A stretch of DNA of 45,426 nucleotides from Promethearchaeota archaeon. Lineage in GTDB: Archaea > Asgardarchaeota > Lokiarchaeia > Sigyniarchaeales > SOKP01. A program made the translations under genes and the position numbers. The stretch's first letter is position 1, and the number at the start of each line of letters is the position of its first letter. The notes beneath the pieces are model-generated. The model was not told where the DNA came from and searched no databases. It saw only the letters and a list, made by a program, of their open reading frames with translations. Below are positions 37,937-45,426 of this stretch, piece after piece. The stretch is taken from positions 1 through 45,426 of the forward strand of contig JAHLWH010000232.1 of assembly GCA_019058015.1 (NCBI GenBank), read 5' to 3'.

Positions 37937-38932
37937 TTATTCATCTATTACTGAATTTTCTTTTATATAATAAATCAATTCATCAACCTGTGTAAAGGCA
38001 ATGGCAGTATATGTATCAGCAGCTCCGTAATAAATAGTTATTCTTCCAGTATCAGCATCATATAATGCCCCACATGGAAAAACCACATTTGGTACAAAAC
38101 CGACTGTTTCATATTCTAATTCAGGTGTTAATAAATAATCACCTGTTCTATATAAGACTTTATCAGGCTGGTTTATATCCAGTAATGCCGTACCCATGCT
38201 ATATACAAATCCATTGCAAGTACAGATCACTCCATGATAAAAAAGCAACCAGCCTTCGGTTGTTTCAATTGGAATAGGACCAGCACCAATTTTAGTACTC
38301 TGCCACCATCCAATATCTCCTTTACCCATAACATGCCTATGTCTTCCCCAGTATTGCATATCGGGACTTTCACTTAAAAAGATATCGCCAAAAGGTGTAT
38401 GCCCAATATCACTGGGGCGATTCAACATTATGTAATTACCGTTTATTTTTCTGGGGAATAAAACACCATTCCTGTTAAAAGGTAAAAAGGCATTTTCTAA
38501 CCTGATAAATGATTTAAAATCTTTCGTCATTCCAACACCAATTGTTGGTCCATAAAATTCAGTGCACCAGGTAACATAGTAAGTATTTTCAATTTTAACA
38601 ATTCGTGGATCATATGCATAACCAGGGGGTACTGGATTTCCATTTTTATCTATCCAGTTAATTTTATCAGTATCTATCTGCCAATTTATTCCATCTTTAC
38701 TTCTGCCTGCGTGTAAATAAGGTCTACCATTTCTATGGTCAGCTCTGAAAATACCGATAAATTCTCCATTATGTGGTATAACTGCGCTGTTAAATATGCG
38801 TGCAACACCGGGAATTGGATTCCAATTGATGATTGGGTTTTTACTATATCTCCATACAATATTTGAAGAGTCACTGGGCCTTTTTTCCCAGGGTATATTC
38901 GGCAATGAATTTCCTATTATTGTTTTATTCAA
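37937..38932 (-). CDS. GH130 beta-1,4-mannoside phosphorylase (mannosyl-GlcNAc/mannooligosaccharide type)
   Basis: LPNIPWE, WRYSKNPII, IFNSAV, YAYDPR, PFNRNGVLFPRKI, RPSDIGHTPFGDIF, VPNVVFP, YYGAADT; TTG start. Confidence 0.92.
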   Translation of the reverse strand: MNKTIIGNSLPNIPWEKRPSDSSNIVWRYSKNPIINWNPIPGVARIFNSAVIPHNGEFIGIFRADHRNGRPYLHAGRSKDGINWQIDTDKINWIDKNGNPVPPGYAYDPRIVKIENTYYVTWCTEFYGPTIGVGMTKDFKSFIRLENAFLPFNRNGVLFPRKINGNYIMLNRPSDIGHTPFGDIFLSESPDMQYWGRHRHVMGKGDIGWWQSTKIGAGPIPIETTEGWLLFYHGVICTCNGFVYSMGTALLDINQPDKVLYRTGDYLLTPELEYETVGFVPNVVFPCGALYDADTGRITIYYGAADTYTAIAFTQVDELIYYIKENSVIDE

Positions 38933-38957
38933 TTTTATATTTCCTCCTTTAAAAAAA

Positions 38958-39143
38958 CTAATCCTTTATTGTTCCATTTATAATACCTGAAAATATAAAT
39001 TTTTGTATAAAAAGAGAAATTATTATTACTGGTATTAGAAGTGTAATTATAGCTACTGTCATAATATTCCATTGAGAAGCTTGATCGTTAGAAAAATTCA
39101 AGAAAGTTGTTAAAATACCAGTATTTATTAATTCCCCAGTCAT
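38958..39143 (-). pseudogene. C-terminal remnant of a carbohydrate (CUT1, MalG-like) ABC permease
   Basis: WNIMTVAIITLLIPVIIISLFIQKFIFSGIINGTIKD matches the typical MalG-type C-terminus; only 61 aa. Confidence 0.7.
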
Positions 39144-39496
39144 TTTACCCGTTTTATGAAGGTAATGTAATTAGAAAAATTAAAAAAAAATATCCAGTAA
39201 AAAAAAAGAAATCTTTTGTTATATATTCTTTATTTATTTTAACTGAGATTATAAATACTATTACATAGAAGCAATTATAATATTATAAATGGCAATTTTT
39301 ATGGATTATTTCGATTTTTTATTGTCATTCATCTATTTTCCATGGTTGAATCTTTTAATATAACAATTACAAATGAATCTTTAATTTTTTTAATTTCATG
39401 AACGTAAAAAACCTTAAAAATATATAGAAAGATTTATTTATAATTTGGGAAGCAAAATATAGCTTTCAGGAGTAAGAATAATATTTGTGATAAAAA

Positions 39497-41941
39497 ATGC
39501 GATTTGGATACTTTGATGATGAACAAAAGGAGTATGCTATTACTCAACCTGATACTCCACTTCCATGGATTAATTATCTGGGGTGTGAGGCATATTTTGG
39601 TATCATCTCCAACACTGCTGGCGGATATTCATTTTATAAGGATGCGAGTTTGCGACGTATAACCCGATACCGTTATAACAACGTGCCTATTGATTTTGGT
39701 GGGCGTTATATCTACCTACGAGACAATGATAAAGAAGAATTTTGGTCTCCAACTTGGCAACCTACTCGCCATGAATTAGAGCAATATATTTGTCGACATG
39801 GACTAGGTTACACCGTCATTAGTTCTATTTATAAGAATATTGAGGCAAAAATCCGTTATTTCGTTCCTTTGGGGGATAATCTAGAAATTTGGCAATTTAC
39901 ACTGAAAAATCATCGCGAGAACATAGTTAATCTATCAATTTTCTCCTGCGTCGAATTTTGCTTTTGGAATGCCCTAGATGACGCCACAAATTTTCAACGT
40001 AATTTTAACATTGGTGAGATAGAGATTGAAGAAGGTGTAATATATCACAAAACCGAATATCGTGAAAGACGAAATCATTTTGCTTATTTTGCTTGTTCAG
40101 AACCGCTTGAGGGTTTCGATACGCAGCGTAATACTTTTTTAGGTGCGTATAGAAGTTGGGAAAACCCAATTGCAGTTGAAAAAGGTAAATCATTTAATTC
40201 TATAGCCCATGGTTGGGCACTAATTGGATCTCACCATTGTAAATTTGCCCTTAAACCAAATGAAACAAAGCAAATTATTTTTGTTCTTGGGTACCATGAA
40301 AATCCAACTGATCAAAAATTCGATCCACCAGAATCCCAAAGACTTAATAAAAAAACGGTTAAAAAGATAATCGCTAAATATTTAGATATTACAAATGTTA
40401 ATAAAGCTATTGAAGTTTTAAATGTTTATTGGGGTAATTTACTAGGTAAATTACAGGTATCTACTCCTGATATTCACACTAACAGGATGGTGAATGTTTG
40501 GAATCCTTATCAATGTATGATTACATTTAATTTATCAAGATCTGCTTCATTTTTTGAATCTGGAATTGGTCGAGGTATAGGATTTCGTGATTCTAATCAA
40601 GATTTGCTTGGTTTTGTACATATGGTTCCCAATCGGGCTCGGGAGCGTATTTTAGATCTAGCATCCACACAACTTAAAACTGGGGGTGCATATCATCAAT
40701 ACCAACCAATTACCAAACGTGGTAACGATGATATTGGAAGCAATTTTAATGACGATCCACTCTGGTTGATATTAAGCGTTGCTGCATATCTGAAAGAAAC
40801 GGGTGATTGGAATATCCTTGATGAATTAGTACCCTATGAGAATCAGCTTGGAACCGAACAATCGCTTTTAAAACATTTAGAGCAAAGTCTAAAATATACA
40901 CAAGAGCGGTTAGGGCCACATGGATTACCACTAATTGGTCGTGCAGATTGGAATGATTGCTTGAACCTAAACTGCTTTTCCGAAGAGCCTGAAGAGTCTT
41001 TCCAAACAACTACAAATAAGGATGGTAAAGTAGCGGAATCTATTTTCATTGCGGCTTTTTTTATATTAGCAGCAAAAGAATTTGCTGAGATTCTTCGACA
41101 GCGCGGTTTAGAGAATAAGGCGAGACAATATCTTAAATGGGCTGATGAGATGGATTCAACTATATGCAAATATGGTTGGGATGGGGAGTGGTTCCTCCGT
41201 GCTTACGATGATTTAGGACATAAGGTTGGTTCTCACGAGTGTAAAGAGGGGAAAATTTTTATTGAGCCGCAAGGTTTTTGTATCCTTGCTGGAGTCGGTT
41301 TGAAAGAAGGTTTGGCAGACAAAGCATTAGAATCTGTAAAAAAACATTTAGCTACTCCACATGGTATCATGTTACTTAGGCCACCTTATTCACAATATTA
41401 CTTGCATTTGGGTGAAATCTCATCTTATCCTCCAGGTTATAAGGAAAATGCGAGCATCTTTTGCCATACCACTCCTTGGATAATAATAGCTGAAACATTA
41501 CTTGGTCATGGTGATCAAGCATATGATTACTATATACGTATAAATCCTTCAGCACGAGAACATATTAGCGAAGTTCATCGCTGTGAACCATATGTTTACG
41601 CTCAAATGATTGCTGGAAAAGATGCCCCAACATATGGAGAAGCTAAAAACTCTTGGTTAACAGGTACAGCAGCTTGGAATTTAATAGCGATAACAAATTG
41701 GATTCTTGGCATACGTCCAACTTACAAAGGATTATACATTTCACCAGTCATTCCTAAAAATTGGCCTGGATTTAAAGCAACTCGTATTTTTCGTGGTGTA
41801 AAGTATCATATTTCTGTAAAAAGGATTGGTACTGGGAATATATCCACATTATTCGTCAATGACAAACCAATAGAAGGAAATATCGTTCCTTTACCACGAT
41901 CAGGGGTGAAAGAAATATTTGTTAGGGTAAAAATTACATAA
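39497..41941 (+). CDS. cbp: GH94 cellobiose phosphorylase
   Basis: ADWNDCLNLNCFSEEPEESFQTT is the CBP-type long loop; SYPPGYKENA; EAKNSWLTGTAAW. Confidence 0.88.
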   Translation: MRFGYFDDEQKEYAITQPDTPLPWINYLGCEAYFGIISNTAGGYSFYKDASLRRITRYRYNNVPIDFGGRYIYLRDNDKEEFWSPTWQPTRHELEQYICRHGLGYTVISSIYKNIEAKIRYFVPLGDNLEIWQFTLKNHRENIVNLSIFSCVEFCFWNALDDATNFQRNFNIGEIEIEEGVIYHKTEYRERRNHFAYFACSEPLEGFDTQRNTFLGAYRSWENPIAVEKGKSFNSIAHGWALIGSHHCKFALKPNETKQIIFVLGYHENPTDQKFDPPESQRLNKKTVKKIIAKYLDITNVNKAIEVLNVYWGNLLGKLQVSTPDIHTNRMVNVWNPYQCMITFNLSRSASFFESGIGRGIGFRDSNQDLLGFVHMVPNRARERILDLASTQLKTGGAYHQYQPITKRGNDDIGSNFNDDPLWLILSVAAYLKETGDWNILDELVPYENQLGTEQSLLKHLEQSLKYTQERLGPHGLPLIGRADWNDCLNLNCFSEEPEESFQTTTNKDGKVAESIFIAAFFILAAKEFAEILRQRGLENKARQYLKWADEMDSTICKYGWDGEWFLRAYDDLGHKVGSHECKEGKIFIEPQGFCILAGVGLKEGLADKALESVKKHLATPHGIMLLRPPYSQYYLHLGEISSYPPGYKENASIFCHTTPWIIIAETLLGHGDQAYDYYIRINPSAREHISEVHRCEPYVYAQMIAGKDAPTYGEAKNSWLTGTAAWNLIAITNWILGIRPTYKGLYISPVIPKNWPGFKATRIFRGVKYHISVKRIGTGNISTLFVNDKPIEGNIVPLPRSGVKEIFVRVKIT

Positions 41942-42256
41942 ATAAATGAAATCAGAATAGAGAGTTTTTTAAATCTTAATTAGAATGAATCTTTCCAAAA
42001 CTTTGGCTCTTACTTTTATTAAAAATTAAATTATACAAAAGACCATTACCTTTAATAGTGATGAAATGGGTTAAATTATATATAAATTCTCATTAAGATT
42101 TAATTATATTAAGATTAGTTATAAATTAATTCTCTTTTAAGTAAAATACAATATTCAGAAAAAAATAATAAATAATTTCAACTTTGAAACGAGTTAAATT
42201 TAGAGATGATTATATCTTTTTTATCTATGGAGAGAAAGATAGATTTCTTAAGTAGA

Positions 42257-42580
42257 TTAATCTATTTCCAATTTCCTCATTTTACCTACTCCTAATTTCG
42301 GATTTATCTCTTCAAGTTCTTGAATTAATTGTTCTACTTTATCATCTGAAAGAGCTCCTGAGAAAAGCCATAAGTTCTCGAATGTTCCAATGAATAGACC
42401 TTTTCTTTTTATTGGTTTTCCGCCTGATCCAACGGGATTTATTTCCAAGAACAGACTTGCTGGTCGGGTTTTGGTCTTAGGTACTTTTACAACATGTACC
42501 CCTCGAACCGGTGTTTCCATCTTCTCCCAATCTTCAGCATTTTCCAAATGATTTTTTAATTGTGCTTCAATATTTGACAT
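42257..42580 (-). CDS. small hypothetical protein (107 aa)
   Basis: Isolated ORF with ATG start and plausible composition (LEINPV..PIKRKGLFI); function unknown. Confidence 0.75.
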   Translation of the reverse strand: MSNIEAQLKNHLENAEDWEKMETPVRGVHVVKVPKTKTRPASLFLEINPVGSGGKPIKRKGLFIGTFENLWLFSGALSDDKVEQLIQELEEINPKLGVGKMRKLEID

Positions 42581-42753
42581 TTTTTTGCTAACTTTTTTCT
42601 ATTCCAATTTAATTTTTTTCTATATAAATTTTTATTTTAACAATAATAAAATTATTTTAATTCTATTTCTTTTTTAATTATTCAAGAAATTGATTACGAG
42701 GCTATATTAGATTATTTCATGTTCTGGTATCTCAATTCCTTCTTTTTCTTTTG

Positions 42754-42778
42754 TTATTTTATCATTTCCAAGAAAGCT
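42754..42778. repeat. 25-bp direct repeat, right copy (intact 3' end of the dehydratase gene)
   Basis: Matches 22929-22953 at 24/25 positions. Confidence 0.85.
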
Positions 42779-43902
42779 TCAATTCGAGTCTGCAATCGTG
42801 TTGTATCGGCTTGAACATATTCCCTATCAATATTCAATACTGGAATCTCTAATTCTTTTAGTTCATGCTCGAACAACATATTGTCACATCCATGAAGATC
42901 ACAATTATTTATTCTTTGGAGTATGACACCATCAATTTTTGCTGTTTTAATCTCATCCTTTAAAAATTTTAATCTTCGCTCATGATCATCCATCATGCGT
43001 GGACAGGAGATTCGTTGATACACACGTTTTGAAATTTGTTCTAAGGGATTACCTCCAATTTGTACATCATCTAAAAAATTGCGGGTTCCAAAACACAAAA
43101 AATCTGACACAATTAACGCTCCAGAATTCTCAATCAAATTAACAAACTTTAAATCATCTATAATGCTTCCAACTAACAGAATTCTTTTTCGGAGATCTTT
43201 TATCCCTTCACTTTCTTTTAATTTATAATTAATTCGATGTAATTCTTGATTAGTAATATCTTTAGGAACAGAACTATTTGCAACTGAAATCTGTAATGCT
43301 TCAGCACCAGAAAGTTTTGGGTTTTCTAAAATTCGCAGTCTATGAATCTCTCTTAATAGTCTACGATTTTCATTATGAACCTTAATTGAATTTTCAAGGC
43401 TATTATCAGTTATATCAATATTATAAGCTGTTTCTAATTCTTCCTTTAATTCTACAATTTCTTGCCAATACCAATTAAATCCTTCTTCTGATATAATATG
43501 GGGTACAGAAAAGTAAAATCTCGGAACTTTCTTTTTAAAGCCCTCTCGATTAAAAACTTTCATATTAAAAATTTCAAACATCCTGCGACTATGATCACAG
43601 CTGTTACATATAAGGTATCCATCAAGAAAATCAAAGCCACCTCGTAACGCTAAATCGAGTGATGCTCTTACAAAACTACAAGTAAATCTCACCATCAATA
43701 TATCTCCAAGTTCAGTTTTTTCATGTCCAGTCGCTCTTATTCTAAAAGGCAATAAATTAGCTGCATACAGTAATTCTTCAGGGATGTAAGTACAATAATA
43801 ACCAATAACTCTTTTTCTACTTGCTTGCCATTCTTTAATGTATTCATTATTAATCGAATTAGAAATATTCAGAAAGGGGTCATTTTGTAAACTCATCTTC
43901 AT
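42754..43902 (-). CDS. 2-hydroxyacyl-CoA dehydratase family subunit (beta/FldC/BcrC-like)
   Basis: IGYYCTYIPEEL, TCSFVR, NSCDHSRR, CFGTR, CPRM, CDLHG, LQTRIEAFLEMI. Confidence 0.92.
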   Translation of the reverse strand: MKMSLQNDPFLNISNSINNEYIKEWQASRKRVIGYYCTYIPEELLYAANLLPFRIRATGHEKTELGDILMVRFTCSFVRASLDLALRGGFDFLDGYLICNSCDHSRRMFEIFNMKVFNREGFKKKVPRFYFSVPHIISEEGFNWYWQEIVELKEELETAYNIDITDNSLENSIKVHNENRRLLREIHRLRILENPKLSGAEALQISVANSSVPKDITNQELHRINYKLKESEGIKDLRKRILLVGSIIDDLKFVNLIENSGALIVSDFLCFGTRNFLDDVQIGGNPLEQISKRVYQRISCPRMMDDHERRLKFLKDEIKTAKIDGVILQRINNCDLHGCDNMLFEHELKELEIPVLNIDREYVQADTTRLQTRIEAFLEMIK

Positions 43903-44387
43903 TCACCTTTATCCTTGATTTTATACATTTCATGCTTACCAATTGCAATGCATCTTAATAGTTTTATAGTGGCTCCTAAAGAACCACTCATTTTAATTTT
44001 TCCGGTAATGATATACTTAAGAAAAAATCTTAATATTCCAAAAATATTATTTTTTGTTCGCACTATAGCACTTACTACACGAACTACTTCATCTCTTTTT
44101 ACATTTAAAGTCACGCACGAAATGGGGTTTATAGATCTCCCCATTCGCGGTTCAAAATTATCTTTATTTTTTACAAGTACAAAAGTTAGATAACCATTTA
44201 AGGAGGGAAAATAAAATTCAATTTCTTGTCCCTCTCTTTTACCAATTTTCTTAAAAGGTTCATTGAATCCATATATTTCAATTAAAAGTTTAGCTAACCT
44301 TGCAATATTGAGTAATTTAGTTTCATTTATTAAGTATTGGGCTTTTTTTTCCCGGCTTAAAGGTTGGGAATCATTTTTTTCAATCAT
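43899..44387 (-). CDS. hypothetical protein, possibly SCP2-like; overlaps the downstream dehydratase start by 4 bp
   Basis: IITGKIKMSGSLGATIKL resembles the SCP2 C-terminal G.lk..G motif; ATGA overlap. Confidence 0.55.
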   Translation of the reverse strand: MIEKNDSQPLSREKKAQYLINETKLLNIARLAKLLIEIYGFNEPFKKIGKREGQEIEFYFPSLNGYLTFVLVKNKDNFEPRMGRSINPISCVTLNVKRDEVVRVVSAIVRTKNNIFGILRFFLKYIITGKIKMSGSLGATIKLLRCIAIGKHEMYKIKDKGE

Positions 44388-44660
44388 TTAATCAGCACGA
44401 TATAGGTTTAATAATATCTTTATAAATTTGGTTTGTGATCATTTATTTTAATTTGTTCTTTTTTTATAAAAAATTAATTAATGAAGTAAAGTGTTTTTGA
44501 TTTTAATTAATTTTTACAATTCAATAATCAATTTTAAAAAAGAATGGAAAAAATTTTTAAAATATTGTCACTTATTTATCAGAAAAGGTTGTATTATTTC
44601 GTGAGTAAAGTTAAAAAAGTAAGAAATAAAAAGAGTAACGAGTAAGGAGTAAAGATAATA

Positions 44661-45074
44661 ATGATAAAACAAATTTCTATATTTTTACCAAACCACCCTG
44701 GTGTTTTAGTGGATTTAACAAAATTATTAACGGATCATTCTATTAATTTGAGAGCTCTTACGATCTCAGAGACTACGGATTACGGTATTTTAAAGATAAT
44801 AGTAGACAAAACAAGTGAATGTATTCAGATTTTGGAAAGAGAAAGTTATTTAACAGCAGTGACAGAAGTTATTGCAATAGAGATCCCAGATAAACCAGGT
44901 TCTTTACATGAAGTCATAAAATTATTAGGAGAAAATGAGATAAATATCGATTATTTATATTCTACAATTGTTAAAAATGGTGCAATTATAATTCTTAGAG
45001 TTTCTGATAATAAAAAAGTAATTGAGTTATTAAAGAGTAAAAATATTAGAGTACTCGATAAAACCGATTTTTGA
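44661..45074 (+). CDS. tandem ACT-domain protein
   Basis: KQISIFLPNHPGVL..INLRALTISETTDYGIL..IPDKPGSL..INIDYLYS; AAGGAG upstream. Confidence 0.92.
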   Translation: MIKQISIFLPNHPGVLVDLTKLLTDHSINLRALTISETTDYGILKIIVDKTSECIQILERESYLTAVTEVIAIEIPDKPGSLHEVIKLLGENEINIDYLYSTIVKNGAIIILRVSDNKKVIELLKSKNIRVLDKTDF

Positions 45075-45079
45075 ATATT

Positions 45080-45424
45080 TTAGTTTAAAACAACATTATT
45101 TCCTTTCTTTTTAAGATAACCTAAATAACATGCATTATTAAAGAACTGATAAAAATTCTTTCCAGTAATTTCTTCATTCTCTGCGTATTTATTAAATTCA
45201 TCAAATTTAATTATTCCTTTTTCGTCACCGTAAGTTTTAACAATATTAATTAGAGTTTTCACGTTTTTATTAACATATTTCTTTTTTTCTTTTACCTTCT
45301 TTTTATGTAGTCGAGATTTTATTTTTTCGATATCGATCGTTAATTGTTCTATGGATTTTTGATAAATATCTGAATACAATGTTACTCCAAGTTCTCTAAA
45401 CTTATTTGAATCGACGGAATTTGC
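45080..45424 (-). CDS. hypothetical protein, partial (frame stays open to the right edge); C-terminus possibly winged-helix-like
   Basis: No stop upstream of the called TTG at 45379 (ANSVDSNKFRELGVTLYSDIY...). Confidence 0.6.
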   Translation of the reverse strand, partial: ANSVDSNKFRELGVTLYSDIYQKSIEQLTIDIEKIKSRLHKKKVKEKKKYVNKNVKTLINIVKTYGDEKGIIKFDEFNKYAENEEITGKNFYQFFNNACYLGYLKKKGNNVVLN

Positions 45425-45426
45425 TA

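Noticed and set aside
39144-39496. Promoters or operators in the divergent GH130/CBP intergenic region (also 15122-15388 and 36414-36681)
   Set aside because: Many TATA-like words occur in very AT-rich DNA and none can be singled out by eye; no convincing shared palindrome was found
1052-44193. Many short ORFs antisense to or nested in long genes (e.g. 1563-1859, 8720-9109, 16462-16842, 18325-18684, 29507-29839, 34622-34957, 40843-41169, 43915-44193)
   Set aside because: They overlap well-supported genes and show no recognisable motifs; the similarity of 16462-16842 to 18325-18684 just reflects the tandem duplication
1-45426. CRISPR array, rRNA, integrase, transposase or reverse-transcriptase (DGR) elements
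   Set aside because: No regularly spaced repeats or such genes were seen; remnant-versus-gene differences are not confined to adenines, so they do not look like DGR template/variable repeats

Overview
AT-rich archaeal chromosomal window, most likely from an Asgard archaeon (Lokiarchaeia/Promethearchaeia). This is inferred from intron-containing tRNAs, gelsolin-domain and Roadblock/LC7 genes, and an N-terminal domain I recall as expanded in Lokiarchaeia. From left to right: (1) tRNA-Thr(GGT) with one intron, tRNA-Met(CAT) with two introns, and nnr; (2) a eukaryotic-signature cluster of a gelsolin-like protein, a Roadblock protein and a Cdc48-N-like/Pro-rich/VWA protein; (3) a lipid/redox block of a B12 radical SAM enzyme, HdrD/GlcF-like, FAD oxidoreductase and SCP2 genes; (4) a truncated ACS-beta-like gene with cooC, then an MFS transporter; (5) a split PEP-synthase/dikinase-like system, with a stand-alone ATP-grasp gene divergent from a tandemly duplicated cassette of a phospho-His swivel protein and a ~455-aa unknown protein; (6) a CrtC/tocopherol-cyclase-like gene and two 2-hydroxyacyl-CoA dehydratase subunits; (7) a ~20-kb beta-glycan phosphorolysis block (two GH94, GH130, CsxA-like GH2, Opp-type ABC transporter, MFS, and a frameshifted rhomboid fusion) bounded by a 25-bp direct repeat of a dehydratase gene 3' end and containing several gene remnants; (8) a third dehydratase subunit, SCP2-like, ACT and hypothetical genes. 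The best candidate for an undescribed system is the split phosphotransfer module at 14138-19063. All product calls come from motif recognition by eye; no database searches were run.
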